Notes: generated from the sequence alone by a model not told the origin. Positions 1 to 11,821 are shown, counted from the stretch's first letter. The stretch is DNA of 64,000 bases from Alphaproteobacteria bacterium (GCA_965222575.1 OZ244958.1:896001-960000), one strand, 5' to 3'. Made by a program: numbers and translations.

Positions 1-295
1 TAGAAAGCTCAATGATGTGGCGAAAACCATACGAAGGAAGACAGTAGCTGAGGCTATGGAGTGCTTGCAATTTAGCCCGCGTAAAAGCGCGAAAGATGTA
101 CAGAAAGTTCTCAAGAGCGCCCTTGCTAATGCAGAGAACAACCATGATATGGATATTGATTCATTACTTGTCAAGGAAGCTTATGTAGGAAAGTCTCTTA
201 TTATGAAGCGTTGGCGCCCGCGTGCAAAGGGACGTATTGGCAAGATACAAAAGCCTTTTAGTCACCTCACTATCATTTTACAGGAACAGGAGTAA
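1..295 (+). CDS. rplV: 50S ribosomal protein L22, 5' end outside window
   Basis: KVLKSALANAENNH and RPRAKGR...SHLTI motifs; lies before rpsC. Confidence 0.95.
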   Translation, partial: RKLNDVAKTIRRKTVAEAMECLQFSPRKSAKDVQKVLKSALANAENNHDMDIDSLLVKEAYVGKSLIMKRWRPRAKGRIGKIQKPFSHLTIILQEQE

Positions 296-302
296 AAATC
301 CC

Positions 303-1049
303 ATGGGACAAAAGGTTAATCCTATTATTTTTCGTGTCGGAATTTCGCGTCCTTGGCAAGCGCATTGGTACAGAGAAAAAAAGGAGTTTAGGCATTTTCT
401 CGCACAGGATATTCACATTAGAAAATATTTGTCAGAAGCCTTAGCAGATGCAGGCATATCCTCTATTACCATTAACCGTTTATCGACGCGTCCTCGCATT
501 AAGCTTTGTATTGTCCGCCCCGGTGTGTTGATTGGTAAGAAAGGTGCGGGCATTGAACAGTTGAGAAAAAAGCTCATGGAGATTGTGAAACAGGAAGTAC
601 AGCTAGATGTCATAGAAGTGCGGAATCCCGATACGGACGCTAAGCTCATAGCCGATAACATAGCCCAGCAGTTAGAGAAGCGTGTGCCCTACCGCCGTGC
701 TACAAAACGAGCGGTACAAGGAGCTATGCGTCTTGGGGCTAAGGGCATTAAAATCAGTTGCAAGGGACGTTTAGGAGGGATTGAAATCGCGCGCGAAGAG
801 AGAGTCCACGAAGGGCCTGTTCCTTTGCATACTTTAAGGTCCTATATTGATTATGGAACGGCTAGTGCGTATACGACCTATGGTGTGTGCGGGGTGAAGG
901 TGTGGGTTTACAAGGAAGAGAAGTTAGGACAGTTGGATACGGATTACGCGAAAGATAAGCAATCTCCTAACACGATGCGCTTTGATTTATCTGCTACTGG
1001 AGCAAGGATGGACACTAAAGTTAGGGGGGGCAGTAATGTTACAACCTAA
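303..1049 (+). CDS. rpsC: 30S ribosomal protein S3
   Basis: MGQKVNP start at 303; [10 protein letters not shown] and VPLHTLR motifs. Confidence 0.97.
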   Translation: MGQKVNPIIFRVGISRPWQAHWYREKKEFRHFLAQDIHIRKYLSEALADAGISSITINRLSTRPRIKLCIVRPGVLIGKKGAGIEQLRKKLMEIVKQEVQLDVIEVRNPDTDAKLIADNIAQQLEKRVPYRRATKRAVQGAMRLGAKGIKISCKGRLGGIEIAREERVHEGPVPLHTLRSYIDYGTASAYTTYGVCGVKVWVYKEEKLGQLDTDYAKDKQSPNTMRFDLSATGARMDTKVRGGSNVTT

Positions 1050-1458
1050 AGAGAGAAAATACCGCAAGGCGCACAAGGGGCGGATTCATGGCTGTGCCAC
1101 CTCAGGGTCTACATTAGTGTTTGGCATGTATGGTCTCAAAGCGCTTGCCCCCGGTCGAATCACAGCGCGACAAATTGAATCGGCTAGACGAACAATGACG
1201 AGACATATGAAGAGAAAGGGAAGACTATGGATTAGAGTCTTTCCAGACATACCGGTTTCTAAGAAGCCGACGGAGATTCGTATGGGGAAAGGGAAAGGGT
1301 CACCAGAGTATTGGGCTTGTCGTATTAAGCCGGGACGGATTCTTTTTGAGCTTGCAGGCATTGAAGATAGCATTGCAACTGAAGCCTTAGCGTTAGCAGG
1401 GGCAAAACTCCCTATTCGGACTCGATTCGTAGTGCGCTCGGGAGAAGGAGGGTTATAA
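1036..1458 (+). CDS. rplP: 50S ribosomal protein L16
   Basis: MLQPK..KYRK.HKGR start; RMGKGKG motif. Confidence 0.97.
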   Translation: MLQPKERKYRKAHKGRIHGCATSGSTLVFGMYGLKALAPGRITARQIESARRTMTRHMKRKGRLWIRVFPDIPVSKKPTEIRMGKGKGSPEYWACRIKPGRILFELAGIEDSIATEALALAGAKLPIRTRFVVRSGEGGL

Positions 1459-1459
1459 A

Positions 1460-1648
1460 ATGAAGCCGGAAGACATCAGAAAAATGAACCAAAAAGCTTT
1501 TCATAAAGCGTATATAGACGCTCTTCAGGAACGCTTTAAGTTGCGTTTTCAACACAAGGGCGGACAGCTAGAAAATACCTCTTTAATTCGCAAGAATCGC
1601 CGTATCATTGCGCGAATGGAAACTCTAAAAACACAACATAATGCCTAA
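1460..1648 (+). CDS. rpmC: 50S ribosomal protein L29
   Basis: LRFQ..GGQLEN...IRKNRRIIAR; operon position. Confidence 0.92.
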   Translation: MKPEDIRKMNQKAFHKAYIDALQERFKLRFQHKGGQLENTSLIRKNRRIIARMETLKTQHNA

Positions 1649-1913
1649 AAGAGTCTTGCAAGGAATCGTAGTGAGTACTGCTAATACCAAAACAATTGTG
1701 ATAAAAGTACAAAGGCATACGATACACCCTTTGTACAAAAAAATTATCAAACGATCTAAGAAGTTTCACGCCCATGACTCTGAGGAAAGCTGTTCTGTAG
1801 GAGACCGCGTGAAAATCATAGAAAGTATTCCTATCTCCAAGAAGAAACGGTGGCAAGTGTTAACAGAGGAGACGGACAAAAGAAGAGAACATAAAGAGGA
1901 GGTGGGCAAGTGA
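1641..1913 (+). CDS. rpsQ: 30S ribosomal protein S17
   Basis: [18 protein letters not shown] and PISKKKRW motifs. Confidence 0.97.
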   Translation: MPKRVLQGIVVSTANTKTIVIKVQRHTIHPLYKKIIKRSKKFHAHDSEESCSVGDRVKIIESIPISKKKRWQVLTEETDKRREHKEEVGK

Positions 1914-2278
1914 TACAAATGCAAACACTTCTTAATGTCGCTGATAACTCTGGGGCACGGCAGGTACAGTGTATCAAGATACTAGGAAACAGTCGTCGTC
2001 GTGGAGGGAAGATAGGGGATCTCTTAGTGGTGACAGTGAAAGACGCTATGCCGCGCGGACGGGTGAAAGCAGGAGATATTATCAAAGCCATTGTTGTGAG
2101 AACAGCCTTTGTACTCAAAAGACCAGATGGCAGTAGTATTCGCTTTGATGATAATGCTGTTGTATTGGTGAATAACCAAAAAGAGCCTATTGGGTCTAGG
2201 ATATTCGGTCCGGTGACACGGGAATTGCGTAGCGGGGGACATATGCGCGTGATATCATTAGCACCTGAGGTGTTATGA
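1910..2278 (+). CDS. rplN: 50S ribosomal protein L14
   Basis: [17 protein letters not shown] and SLAPEVL motifs. Confidence 0.98.
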   Translation: MIQMQTLLNVADNSGARQVQCIKILGNSRRRGGKIGDLLVVTVKDAMPRGRVKAGDIIKAIVVRTAFVLKRPDGSSIRFDDNAVVLVNNQKEPIGSRIFGPVTRELRSGGHMRVISLAPEVL

Positions 2279-2643
2279 TGAGGAGTCCGAAATTCAAAAT
2301 CCAAAAGGGAGACACAGTGGCTGTGATAGCGGGGCGGTCTAAGGGAGAAAGAGGAGAGGTTGTGCGTATTATAAAAGAGAAGCACCGCGTGGTGGTTGCC
2401 TCTTTGAATCTTGTCAAGCGCCACCAAAAAGTCAAAGCAGGAGAAAAGGGCGGCATTATAGAAAAAGAAGCCCCTATTCACCTTTCGAATGTCGCCTTAT
2501 TAGACCCTAAAGATAACAAGCCTACCAAAGTTGGCATTATGCGTGAAGGGGATACTGTCAAACGGATTTCAAGGCGTTCAAAAGAGCCGATACCGTATCC
2601 TAAAGTCTTAGGCAAAAAGCAAAGAAAGCAAAAAAAGAAATGA
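2275..2643 (+). CDS. rplX: 50S ribosomal protein L24
   Basis: KOW motif [19 protein letters not shown]. Confidence 0.96.
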   Translation: MMRSPKFKIQKGDTVAVIAGRSKGERGEVVRIIKEKHRVVVASLNLVKRHQKVKAGEKGGIIEKEAPIHLSNVALLDPKDNKPTKVGIMREGDTVKRISRRSKEPIPYPKVLGKKQRKQKKK

Positions 2644-3200
2644 GCTATATCCCACGGCTACAAAAACAGTATTTAGAAGATATAAGGCCTGCTTTACAAA
2701 AAGCTTTGGGGTTGAAGAATCTTTATGCGGTACCGCGTCTGATGAAGGTGGTATTGAATATGGGGGTGAAAGAGGGGGTTATCCATGCTAAGCATGTGGC
2801 GGGTGTACTGGAAGAATTGATGTTGATTGCGGGACAAAGACCTGTGACAACTTATGCTGTGAAGTCTGTGGCGGGATTTAAGCTACGTGCGGGCATGCCT
2901 ATTGGCGTGAAGGTCACCTTGAGAAAAGCAAAAATGTTTGATTTTTTAGACCGCCTTGTTACAATTGCTTTACCTAAGGTGCGTGACTTTCGCGGTCTTA
3001 AGGGGAAAAGCTTTGATGGCTGCGGTAACTATAGCTTTGGTATTCGAGAGCAACTTGTTTTTCCTGAAATCCATTATGATAAAGTTGAAAAGATAAGAGG
3101 GATGAATATTATTATCTGTACATCTTCTAATAGTGATAACGAAGCGTATCATTTACTAAAAGCCTTGAATTTTCCCCTACAACAACGCAAAAGTGCTTAA
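2640..3200 (+). CDS. rplE: 50S ribosomal protein L5
   Basis: LPKVRDFRG and FPEIHYDK motifs. Confidence 0.97.
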   Translation: MSYIPRLQKQYLEDIRPALQKALGLKNLYAVPRLMKVVLNMGVKEGVIHAKHVAGVLEELMLIAGQRPVTTYAVKSVAGFKLRAGMPIGVKVTLRKAKMFDFLDRLVTIALPKVRDFRGLKGKSFDGCGNYSFGIREQLVFPEIHYDKVEKIRGMNIIICTSSNSDNEAYHLLKALNFPLQQRKSA

Positions 3201-3204
3201 AAAA

Positions 3205-3510
3205 ATGGCGAAAAAGAGTTCAATACAAACCAATCAGTATCGTCAACGTCTTGTTGACCGCTATCATGCAAAGCGCACCGCTTTGAAGAAACAGCTGAAA
3301 AACAGGTCTCTTCCCCTTGAAGAGCGCTTCAATATTCAGTTATCGTTGTCTTCTCTTCCTCGCAACAGCGCCCCTACTAGGGTGAGAAATCGCTGTCTAA
3401 TCAGTGGTCGTCCTAGAGGGTATTATCGAAAATTTGGCCTCTCCCGTATCGCTTTTAGAGACTTGGCTTCTCAGGGGTTGATTGCAGGCATTACAAAGGC
3501 AAGTTGGTAA
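3205..3510 (+). CDS. rpsN: 30S ribosomal protein S14
   Basis: MAKKS start; RNRC..SGRPRG; ends KASW. Confidence 0.97.
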   Translation: MAKKSSIQTNQYRQRLVDRYHAKRTALKKQLKNRSLPLEERFNIQLSLSSLPRNSAPTRVRNRCLISGRPRGYYRKFGLSRIAFRDLASQGLIAGITKASW

Positions 3511-3516
3511 CCGCTG

Positions 3517-3909
3517 ATGACTATGACGGACCCCATAGCCGATATGTTAACCCGCATTAGAAACGGGCAGATGGTGAAAAAAAAGTGGGTAGAATGTTTG
3601 ACGTCTAAACTAAAAATTGGGGTGTTGAAGGTTTTGAAGAAAGAAGGCTATATTGAAAAATTTGAGAGTATTGCAGAAGGACATGGCAAATTGAGAATTT
3701 TTCTGAAGTACTACCATGGAAAACCTGTCATTAAGACGGTACGCAAGGTCTCTAAGCCCGGTCAACGGGTCTATCGCTCCTACGAGAATTTTCCAAAAGT
3801 GTATAATGGTCTTGGGATATCTGTGGTTTCTACCTCTAAAGGTCTTTTCTCTGATGGAGAAGCGAAGAGGCAGAAAGTAGGAGGGGAAGTTTTATGCACC
3901 GTTGCCTAA
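3517..3909 (+). CDS. rpsH: 30S ribosomal protein S8
   Basis: DPIADMLTRIRN and GGEVLC motifs. Confidence 0.98.
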   Translation: MTMTDPIADMLTRIRNGQMVKKKWVECLTSKLKIGVLKVLKKEGYIEKFESIAEGHGKLRIFLKYYHGKPVIKTVRKVSKPGQRVYRSYENFPKVYNGLGISVVSTSKGLFSDGEAKRQKVGGEVLCTVA

Positions 3910-3919
3910 GGAATCCGTG

Positions 3920-4453
3920 ATGACACGTATTGGGAAAGCACCTATTACACTAATGGAAGGGGTAAGTGTGGCAGTAAAAGAAGGGATTGTCTGTGTCAAG
4001 GGGCAGCAAGGAGCCTTAGAGCATTATGTTCCGCCTCCCTTTTCGGTGGAGGTTAGCGGCAACAAGTTGTCTATTACTTGTCAAAAGAAAGGCACTTCTT
4101 ACAGGGCGCTGTGGGGGTTACACAGGTCTTTGTTGAGCAATCTTGTGACGGGCGTGACGCAAGGGTTTACCCAAGAACTTGAGCTGAGAGGGACAGGATA
4201 TCGTGCTACTGTAAAAGGAGAGCGATTGGTGTTACAGATAGGTCTTAGTCACCCTGTTCATTTTTTGATACCTTCTGAGGTAGACATGACCTGTAGCAAG
4301 GAGACCCAGATTGTCATCAAAGGCATAAACAAGCAACAGGTTGGGCAATTAGCAGCAAATATTAGGGCTTTTTCCAAACCTGAGCCTTACAAGGGGAAAG
4401 GCATACGGTACAAGGGGGAGTATGTAAGAAGGAAGGAGGGGAAGAAGAAATAG
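3920..4453 (+). CDS. rplF: 50S ribosomal protein L6
   Basis: MTRIGK start at 3920; PEPYKGKGIRY motif. Confidence 0.97.
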   Translation: MTRIGKAPITLMEGVSVAVKEGIVCVKGQQGALEHYVPPPFSVEVSGNKLSITCQKKGTSYRALWGLHRSLLSNLVTGVTQGFTQELELRGTGYRATVKGERLVLQIGLSHPVHFLIPSEVDMTCSKETQIVIKGINKQQVGQLAANIRAFSKPEPYKGKGIRYKGEYVRRKEGKKK

Positions 4454-4828
4454 ATGGTGTCTTTGAAGAAAAAAGTTCTTTTATTGCGTGGGCATCGTGC
4501 CCGTGTGCGGCACGCTCTTAAGAAGAAGTCTAAGAGCAAGAGATTGCGGCTTTGCGTGTTTCGCTCGAGTAAGCATATTTATGCTCAAGTGATTGATGAT
4601 AGGGCCATGGAGACGCGTGCGTGTTGTTCGACTCTTGAGAAAGCTATTCGTGAGAGCTGTAAGTCTACGGGCAGCAAAGAGGCTGCGATGTTAGTAGGCA
4701 AGGGTGTCGCTGTGGAAGCAAAGAAAAAAAAGATTACGGAAATTGTGTTTGATAGAGGTGGATATCGCTATCATGGTCGGGTGAAGGCTCTTGCTGAGGC
4801 GGCGCGGGCAGAAGGATTAAAGTTTTAA
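4454..4828 (+). CDS. rplR: 50S ribosomal protein L18
   Basis: [16 protein letters not shown] motif. Confidence 0.97.
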   Translation: MVSLKKKVLLLRGHRARVRHALKKKSKSKRLRLCVFRSSKHIYAQVIDDRAMETRACCSTLEKAIRESCKSTGSKEAAMLVGKGVAVEAKKKKITEIVFDRGGYRYHGRVKALAEAARAEGLKF

Positions 4829-4829
4829 C

Positions 4830-5429
4830 ATGGCAACGGAATCCCCCCCCGCTTTGGAACTGACAGAAAAGCTGATTCATGTGAATCGTGTCTCTAAGGT
4901 GTTAAAAGGAGGCAGACGATTTGCTTTTAGCGCTTTGGTGGTGGTAGGCAATAAGAAAGGTCAAGTGGGGTTTGGGAAAGGGAGTGCTTTACAGGTGGCT
5001 TCTGCTGTGAAGAAAGCGACGGAGAGTGCGAAAAGCGACATGATAAAAGTCCCTTTGCGCGAAGGGCGCACCTTACCCCATGACATTCAAGGTCACCATG
5101 GGGCAGCGAATGTTCATATGCGCAGAGCGCGTCCCGGAACAGGTCTCATTGCAGGAGGAGTTATGCGCTCAATCTTTGAATGCTTAGGGTTACAGGATGT
5201 GGTGGCGAAATCTTTAGGCTCTAATAATCCGCATAGTTTAATCCGTGCGACATTCAAGGGCTTGAGTCAATGTGAATCTCGTCGTATGATTATACAGAGG
5301 CGTAGCAAGTTTTCGAAACAGAACAAAGTAGAAACAAAAAAACCGCTAGTTACTACAGAGAAGACATCAGAACAAAAGGTCTCTACCCTTCCCCCCTCAA
5401 CCCAACAAGGAGAAACAACAGATGGCTAA
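4830..5429 (+). CDS. rpsE: 30S ribosomal protein S5
   Basis: [22 protein letters not shown] motif. Confidence 0.97.
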   Translation: MATESPPALELTEKLIHVNRVSKVLKGGRRFAFSALVVVGNKKGQVGFGKGSALQVASAVKKATESAKSDMIKVPLREGRTLPHDIQGHHGAANVHMRRARPGTGLIAGGVMRSIFECLGLQDVVAKSLGSNNPHSLIRATFKGLSQCESRRMIIQRRSKFSKQNKVETKKPLVTTEKTSEQKVSTLPPSTQQGETTDG

Positions 5430-5601
5430 ACTGCTGACAATCACCCAGCAGCGGAGTCCCATAGGGCGGCCTAAGGAACAAAGGGCAACCTTATTAGGTC
5501 TTGGCTTACGCCGTCTTCATCAAAAGGTTACTGTCTCTGATACACCGGCTATCAGAGGGATGATTGCTAAGGTTTCTCATCTGGTGACGCTAGAAAAATG
5601 A
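5422..5601 (+). CDS. rpmD: 50S ribosomal protein L30 (59 aa, missing from the ORF track)
   Basis: Hand translation [59 protein letters not shown]; lies between rpsE and rplO. Confidence 0.95.
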   Translation: MAKLLTITQQRSPIGRPKEQRATLLGLGLRRLHQKVTVSDTPAIRGMIAKVSHLVTLEK

Positions 5602-6164
5602 AGGGAAAACAGATGGGTTCTATTTTACAACGATTAGCTGCGACTCCGTCTTCTCGGTCTTCTAAGAGAAGAGTTGGCAGAGGGATTGGGTCTGGAAAAG
5701 GGAAAACCTGCGGAAGAGGCCATAAGGGACAAAAATCGCGGGCTGGGGCCTCTCTCAAGGGCTTTGAAGGGGGACAAATGCCTTTGTATCGACGCCTGCC
5801 AAAACGGGGATTTACCTCCTTAAACAGAAAACGCTATACAACATTGTCCTTGAGTCGGCTCTTGAAAGCTTGTGAGGAAAAAAACCTACTCACCACACAG
5901 CCCCTTACAGAAAAACTGTTACAGGAAGCCGGTGTTGTCTCAAAATGCCGTGATGGCATACGGCTGCTAGGGAAACAAGAGGTGACACAGCCTTTGACGC
6001 TTCATATTACCTCTGCTACAAAGGGGTGCATAGAATCCATTGTGAGTGCTGGCGGTACTGTTAGGACGCAAAAAGCAGACAGTGCCTCTAAGGCATTGCC
6101 TGACAATAAGCAAGAGAAGAGGATTAAGACCCCAGGACCCTCTTCAAAACAAACAGAGACATAG
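5598..6164 (+). CDS. rplO: 50S ribosomal protein L15
   Basis: [13 protein letters not shown] and [18 protein letters not shown] motifs; start could be 5613. Confidence 0.96.
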   Translation: MKGKQMGSILQRLAATPSSRSSKRRVGRGIGSGKGKTCGRGHKGQKSRAGASLKGFEGGQMPLYRRLPKRGFTSLNRKRYTTLSLSRLLKACEEKNLLTTQPLTEKLLQEAGVVSKCRDGIRLLGKQEVTQPLTLHITSATKGCIESIVSAGGTVRTQKADSASKALPDNKQEKRIKTPGPSSKQTET

Positions 6165-6169
6165 GATTT

Positions 6170-7525
6170 ATGGTTTCTGCTACGGACAAAATTGCGGCTT
6201 CTTTAGACCTGAGCACCTTTGTTAGAGCGAAAGAATTGCAAAAGCGTGTCTGGTTTACCTTGTTTGCCTTAGTGATTTATCGCTTTGGCACCTTTATTCC
6301 CCTGCCCGGTATTGACCCGTCCATTATGGCGGATATTTACCAAAAGCAAAGCGGTGGGATTTTGGGGATGTTTAATGTGTTTGCTGGTGGGGCTTTAGGC
6401 AGGATGACGATTTTTGCCCTTAATGTCTTGCCTTATATTTCGGCTTCTATTATCGCGCAGTTAATGGTCGCTGTTGTGCCCTCTTTATCAGAGCTTAAGA
6501 AAGAAGGGGAGCGCGGTCGGCGCAAGATTAACCAGTATACGCGCTATGGCACAGCTTTGTTAGCCTTAGCACAAGGGTATGGTATAGCGGTAGGGCTTGA
6601 GAGTTTGAGTGCGCAATTTGGAGCTGCGGTGATTGAGCCGGGCTTACAATTTCGCTTGGTGACCATGATGACTTTAACGGGCGGAACGGTGTTTTTGATG
6701 TGGCTCGGTGACCAGGTCACGAAACGCGGTATAGGCAATGGCATATCACTGATTATTTTCGCAGGGATTGTCGCAGAGTTACCGCGTGCGTTGATTGCCA
6801 TGCTAGAATTAGGCAAGACGGGGGCTTTATCCTCCACCTTAATTGTAGGCATCATATTTTTAGCCATTGGGATTGTGATGTTAATTGTCTTTTGTGAGCA
6901 ATCCTTTCGTCGGTTATTGATTCAATATCCTCGTCATCAATCTGCTCGAGGAGCAGTCCCTCAACAGACCTCCCACCTTCCATTGAAGTTAAATTCCGCT
7001 GGTGTTATTCCCCCAATTTTTGCTTCAGCTCTTTTGTTAATGCCGGTGACAATCTTAAGCTTGACGGCCCAAGGGGCTGACCCGGGGGGGTGGCTTGTAC
7101 AAGTGACAACCTTTTTAGGACGTGGGCAATTCGGCTATATGGTATTGTATGGCTCTTTGATTGCTTTTTTCTGTTTTTTCTATACTTTCATTGTATTTGA
7201 TGTGTCAGACACAGCAGAAAATCTTCACCAACAGGGGGGATATATAGCAGGCATTCGTCCCGGGGAAAAGACGGCACAGTATTTACAGTATGTTCTCAGT
7301 CGCCTAACAGTGGTAGGGGCTATTTATTTAGTTTTTGTGTGTCTTTTACCGGAAGTGTTAATTTCAAAATTTTCTCTCCCTTTTTATTTTGGAGGGACTT
7401 CTTTGTTGATTGTGGTGAATGTGGCAATAGACACGGTTGGTCAGTTTCAAAATCATTTATTAAGCTACCAGTATGAGTCTCTGATTAAGAAGTCACGGTT
7501 ACGGGGGCGGTTTCGCAAGAGATGA
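6170..7525 (+). CDS. secY: Preprotein translocase SecY
   Basis: GIGNGISLIIFAGI and GVIPPIFAS motifs; multiple hydrophobic segments. Confidence 0.98.
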   Translation: MVSATDKIAASLDLSTFVRAKELQKRVWFTLFALVIYRFGTFIPLPGIDPSIMADIYQKQSGGILGMFNVFAGGALGRMTIFALNVLPYISASIIAQLMVAVVPSLSELKKEGERGRRKINQYTRYGTALLALAQGYGIAVGLESLSAQFGAAVIEPGLQFRLVTMMTLTGGTVFLMWLGDQVTKRGIGNGISLIIFAGIVAELPRALIAMLELGKTGALSSTLIVGIIFLAIGIVMLIVFCEQSFRRLLIQYPRHQSARGAVPQQTSHLPLKLNSAGVIPPIFASALLLMPVTILSLTAQGADPGGWLVQVTTFLGRGQFGYMVLYGSLIAFFCFFYTFIVFDVSDTAENLHQQGGYIAGIRPGEKTAQYLQYVLSRLTVVGAIYLVFVCLLPEVLISKFSLPFYFGGTSLLIVVNVAIDTVGQFQNHLLSYQYESLIKKSRLRGRFRKR

Positions 7526-8199
7526 ACAAGGGGATACGGCTTATTTTTTTGGGGCCACCCGGTTGTGGCAAAGGGACTCAGGCAAGAAAGTTGAGTGTGC
7601 TTTTTGGGATTTATCATTTATCTACAGGAGATATGATGCGCCATGAGGGTAAAAAAGAGGGGGAGCGTGAAAATAAGATTCACGCCTTTTTGGATAAGGG
7701 GGCTTTAGTGCCGGATGAAGTCGTGGTTGATTTGGTGTTGAATCATCTGAAGAAAGACGAGATTTTGCCTAGGGGGATGATACTGGATGGGTTTCCGCGT
7801 ACAATTGTGCAAGCGGAGTTTTTAGAGGAGTTTTTAGAAAATCATCAATCTCCTTTGACAAGCGTGATAAATTTTGATATTAAGGATGGGCTTGTGGTGA
7901 AGCGTTTATCGGGTCGTTTTATGTGCGTTGCATGTGGAGCTATATACCATGATGAGTTTCACAAGCCTCAAGAGGAGGGGATTTGCGATGAGTGTTCGGG
8001 AAAGTCTTTCAAGCACCGTTACGATGATAGAAAGGAAGCTGTATCAAAACGTCTGTTGGCTTATCGTGAAGAGACCTATCCTCTGAAGTCTTATTACAAG
8101 GAGCGCAAGCTTCTCTTTTCTGTGGATGCCACGCTACCGGTAGAGGTGATGGTGAAGCAGATTGAACACTGCGTAAACGAACGATTGAAGAATGCCTAG
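7522..8199 (+). CDS. adk: Adenylate kinase with Zn-lid
   Basis: [10 protein letters not shown] and LDGFPRT motifs; CxxC...CxxC lid. Confidence 0.97.
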   Translation: MNKGIRLIFLGPPGCGKGTQARKLSVLFGIYHLSTGDMMRHEGKKEGERENKIHAFLDKGALVPDEVVVDLVLNHLKKDEILPRGMILDGFPRTIVQAEFLEEFLENHQSPLTSVINFDIKDGLVVKRLSGRFMCVACGAIYHDEFHKPQEEGICDECSGKSFKHRYDDRKEAVSKRLLAYREETYPLKSYYKERKLLFSVDATLPVEVMVKQIEHCVNERLKNA

Positions 8200-8560
8200 A
8201 ATAGCTGGAGTCAACATACCGGAGAACAAGCCGCTTTGGATATCATTGACCTATATCTATGGGATTGGTCAACAGAAAGCCAAAGAGATTTGTGCAATTT
8301 TGAAGCTTTCCCCGACGCGGAGGGCTAGGGAATTGAAAGAAGAAGAGATAGCACGTCTTCATACTATTTTAGACAAAGACCATGTTGTAGAAGGGAATTT
8401 GCGTCAGGATGTTGCAATGAACATTAAGCGTCTCCAAGATTTAGCGTGTTATAGAGGGTTACGTCACCGCAAGAAGCTTCCCTTGCGTGGTCAGCGGACG
8501 CATACCAATGCGCGGACGCGGCGCGGACGCGCGAAAACTTTAGCGGGCAAGAAACAATAA
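8192..8560 (+). CDS. rpsM: 30S ribosomal protein S13
   Basis: RIAGVNIP and [21 protein letters not shown] motifs. Confidence 0.98.
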   Translation: MPRIAGVNIPENKPLWISLTYIYGIGQQKAKEICAILKLSPTRRARELKEEEIARLHTILDKDHVVEGNLRQDVAMNIKRLQDLACYRGLRHRKKLPLRGQRTHTNARTRRGRAKTLAGKKQ

Positions 8561-8570
8561 AAGAAGATTC

Positions 8571-8954
8571 ATGGCTGTATCAAAATCAAAGAAGTGGTTA
8601 AAGAAAAACATTGTTTCCGGGTGTGCCCATGTGTATGCCACTTACAATAACACCATTGTGACAATATCAGATATGCAAGGCAATGTGATATCGTGGTCAT
8701 CTGGAGGGATGATGGGGTTTAAGGGGTCACGAAAGTCGACGCCTTATGCCGCTCAAATGGCCTCTGAAGATGCTGGCAAGAAAGCACAGGCCCAAGGGAT
8801 ACAGACATTGGAAATCAATGTCAAAGGCCCCGGCCCCGGGCGCGAGTCTGCTCTCCGAGCCTTACAGGCAGTGGGGCTAAAAATCACTGTCATAAGAGAT
8901 AATACTTCTATTCCCCATAACGGATGTCGTCCTCCTAAACAAAGGCGCGTATAA
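8571..8954 (+). CDS. rpsK: 30S ribosomal protein S11
   Basis: [13 protein letters not shown] and PHNGCRPPK motifs. Confidence 0.98.
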   Translation: MAVSKSKKWLKKNIVSGCAHVYATYNNTIVTISDMQGNVISWSSGGMMGFKGSRKSTPYAAQMASEDAGKKAQAQGIQTLEINVKGPGPGRESALRALQAVGLKITVIRDNTSIPHNGCRPPKQRRV

Positions 8955-8980
8955 AGCGTATAAACAGCAACTAACTAGCC

Positions 8981-10027
8981 ATGACTGAACAAATTCACAA
9001 AAACTGGACAGATTTAATAGAACCTAAGCAATTGACCTATGCACCGGGGCTTAATGCTGAACGTGAAGGGACGGTCATTATGAAACCCTTAGAGAAAGGA
9101 TATGCTCTAACGCTTGGCAATGCGCTAAGACGCGTTCTGTTGAGTTCTCTCAGAGGCAGTGCAGTGACAGGGATTAGAATCCAAGGGATTATCCATGAAT
9201 TTTCTTCTATTCCCGGCATAAAAGAAGACTTGGTGCATATTATTTTGAATCTTAAAGGCTTAGAAATCAAACTGCACAGCGAAGAAAAAATTATCTTACC
9301 CCTTAAGGTTAAAGGCCCTAAGAAGGTGACAGCCTCTGATTTTTCGCTTCCTGCTAGCGTAGAGATACTAAATCCGGATCATTATCTCATGGAGCTTGAT
9401 AACAATACCTCCATAGAAGCAGAGATATTTGTCTCCAAGGGGAAAGGGTATGTACCAGCGAGTCAGAATAAATCGGAAGAGGATACATTTGATACGATAC
9501 CGGTGGATGCGATTTTCACTCCTGTGAAGAAGGTGTCCTATGAAGTTGAAAGTGTGCGCGAGGGAGATATACTAGACTATGACAAGCTGTCTTTATACGT
9601 TAAGACCAACGGCACAATTTCTCCGGAGGATGCGATTGCGTTGGGGGCGCGGATTTTGAAGCATCAGTTAGATTTTTTCATTAATTTTGAAGAGCCTGAA
9701 GTAGAGCAAGAACCTGAAGAAATTCCTGAGCATGACATACGGCAAAAGCAAGCGCTTTTGACAAAAATAGAAGAGCTAGAGTTATCTGTTCGTTCTGCTA
9801 ATTGTCTTAAGAATGACAATGTTTTGTATGTAGCGGATTTGGTACAACGCACAGAGCAGGACATGTTGAAGACGCCGAATTTTGGTCTTAAGTCTCTGAG
9901 TGAAATCAAAAGCATTTTAGAGCGCATGAAGTTGCGGTTAGGGATGGTATTAGAGGAGGATTGGGATACGGAAAAGGAGCTTCGAAAGTTACAAAACATT
10001 ACCCGCAGGAGAGGCACTGATTTATAA
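8981..10027 (+). CDS. rpoA: RNA polymerase alpha subunit
   Basis: TLGNALRRVLLSS and LELSVRSANCL motifs. Confidence 0.98.
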   Translation: MTEQIHKNWTDLIEPKQLTYAPGLNAEREGTVIMKPLEKGYALTLGNALRRVLLSSLRGSAVTGIRIQGIIHEFSSIPGIKEDLVHIILNLKGLEIKLHSEEKIILPLKVKGPKKVTASDFSLPASVEILNPDHYLMELDNNTSIEAEIFVSKGKGYVPASQNKSEEDTFDTIPVDAIFTPVKKVSYEVESVREGDILDYDKLSLYVKTNGTISPEDAIALGARILKHQLDFFINFEEPEVEQEPEEIPEHDIRQKQALLTKIEELELSVRSANCLKNDNVLYVADLVQRTEQDMLKTPNFGLKSLSEIKSILERMKLRLGMVLEEDWDTEKELRKLQNITRRRGTDL

Positions 10028-10431
10028 TGAGGCACTTAAAAGTCAGGCGCCGTTTTAAGAGGTCATCCTCTCACCGGATTGCTATGTTCAGAAATTTGGT
10101 ACAGGACTTGGTGCAGCACGAGAGGATAGAAACGACTGTTGCGAAGGCGAAAGCGTTGCGTCCTATGGTGGAAAAATTGATTACCAAGTGTCGTACTGAC
10201 TCGTTAGCGATAAGGCGTAAGGTCATCAAAACGCTTGGAGGGAATGGGCAAGCGGTGGGAAAACTTTTTTCAGACCTTGGGCCTCGGTTTGCGAAACGTC
10301 AAGGGGGATACACCCGGATACTCAAAACCGGGCATCGACACGGAGACAATGCCCCTTTAGCTCTTATGGAATTCGTAGAAAGAAAAACAGAAACGTCCTC
10401 GAAAAATGATAAAACAAAACCCCCTTCTTAA
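10027..10431 (+). CDS. rplQ: 50S ribosomal protein L17
   Basis: MRH start; IETT..KAK and GGYTRILK motifs. Confidence 0.97.
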   Translation: MRHLKVRRRFKRSSSHRIAMFRNLVQDLVQHERIETTVAKAKALRPMVEKLITKCRTDSLAIRRKVIKTLGGNGQAVGKLFSDLGPRFAKRQGGYTRILKTGHRHGDNAPLALMEFVERKTETSSKNDKTKPPS

Positions 10432-11818
10432 AGCTCTAGGGTTAGGGGTTTGTCTTCTTTCCTTTACGGGAGAGGCGGCCACAAGAGTTGTCCCTAAAGA
10501 CCAAGAGCAGCTTTCTTATGCTCCCCTTGTCAAAAATATTTTGCCTTCTGTGGTGAATGTGTATGCAAGTTCCGTCAATGTCACCCCGTCAGGGTTTTCT
10601 CTATTTAATGACCCCTTTTTCAAAGATTTTTTTGATATTTTCCCGCAAATGCCGCAGACTCGTCAGACCTTAGGCTCAGGGGTGATCATCTCTCAAGATG
10701 GTCTCATTATCACCAACCATCATGTGATTAAGAAAGCGACAGATATTCAGGTTATCATGCATGATGGACAAGAACATGCAGCGGAGATTCTTCTCTCTGC
10801 CCCGAGTTCAGACTTGGTTGTTCTCAAGTTAAAGAACTTGAAAAAGCCCTTGAGCATCACGCCTCTTACCCTAGCGGATACAGACAAAGTGGAGGTGGGA
10901 GATATTGTGTTGGCTATTGGGAATCCCTTTGGGGTTGGACAAACGGTGACCAGTGGTATTGTCTCAGGGTTATCTCGCACAGGGATTTTAAGTAAGGGCA
11001 ACATTTTCATTCAAACAGATGCTGCGATTAATCCGGGGAACTCCGGGGGGCCTCTCATTGATATGCAAGGGAAGCTCTTAGGGATTAATACAGCCATTGT
11101 GTCACGCTCAGGTGGCTCACAGGGGATAGGATTTGCCATTCCCTCTGTGATGATTAAGAAGGTTTTAGAAGCGGTCAAAAATAAAGCGAAATTTCTGATT
11201 TACCCGTGGACAGGTCTTGGGACTTTTAGTCTCAGTAGTGAGAAGCGTGAAGAATTGGACTATCCTTTTTCAGATGGTGTTGGGATTAAGGCTGTAGCAG
11301 AAGATAGTCCGGGGCAGAAAGCCGGCATACAGAAAGGGGATATTCTTCAGTCTTTTGGGTCTTATGAGAAGGTGAATGAGGATATGTTTTTATTTCGCGT
11401 TAAAACCTCTAATCACGGGGAAAGGGTGCCTGTAAAGATTTGGCGCGAGGGGAAGATTCTGAAGAAAGTCCTAGAGATGAAACTGCCGCCGCTTACAAAG
11501 GACGATACAAAGGTTTTGAAAGGGAAGAATAATCCTCTTGCAGGGATTAGGGTCAAGACGTTATCGCCTCGGTTGATACAACAGAAAGGACTGTCTTATG
11601 CGCAAGTTGGCATATTAATTGTGGGTCTTACGGAAGAGGCTGTTCCCATTGCTCGACAGCTTGCTTCTGAAGACATTATTATCTCTGTCAATGGAGAGAC
11701 TGTTAGCTCTGTGAAGGCATTAGAGGCCGAATTGACAAAGCAAGAAAAGAAAAGGAATTGGGAAATACGTATTATTCGTGCGGGTCAAGTCTTGAATTAT
11801 CGTTTTCGTAAGAGTTAG
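10406..11818 (+). CDS. Do/DegP/DegQ-family periplasmic serine protease with PDZ domains
   Basis: GSGVII, TNHHVI and IQTDAAINPGNSGGPL motifs; N-terminal signal peptide. Confidence 0.93.
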   Translation: MIKQNPLLKALGLGVCLLSFTGEAATRVVPKDQEQLSYAPLVKNILPSVVNVYASSVNVTPSGFSLFNDPFFKDFFDIFPQMPQTRQTLGSGVIISQDGLIITNHHVIKKATDIQVIMHDGQEHAAEILLSAPSSDLVVLKLKNLKKPLSITPLTLADTDKVEVGDIVLAIGNPFGVGQTVTSGIVSGLSRTGILSKGNIFIQTDAAINPGNSGGPLIDMQGKLLGINTAIVSRSGGSQGIGFAIPSVMIKKVLEAVKNKAKFLIYPWTGLGTFSLSSEKREELDYPFSDGVGIKAVAEDSPGQKAGIQKGDILQSFGSYEKVNEDMFLFRVKTSNHGERVPVKIWREGKILKKVLEMKLPPLTKDDTKVLKGKNNPLAGIRVKTLSPRLIQQKGLSYAQVGILIVGLTEEAVPIARQLASEDIIISVNGETVSSVKALEAELTKQEKKRNWEIRIIRAGQVLNYRFRKS

Positions 11819-11821
11819 AGC

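Noticed and set aside
930..6164. C-terminal extensions on S3, S5 and L15
   Set aside because: Low-complexity lineage-specific tails are common on ribosomal proteins; no evidence of a distinct function.
8560..8981. Absence of rpsD, rpmJ and infA from the cluster
   Set aside because: Normal arrangement in Alphaproteobacteria.
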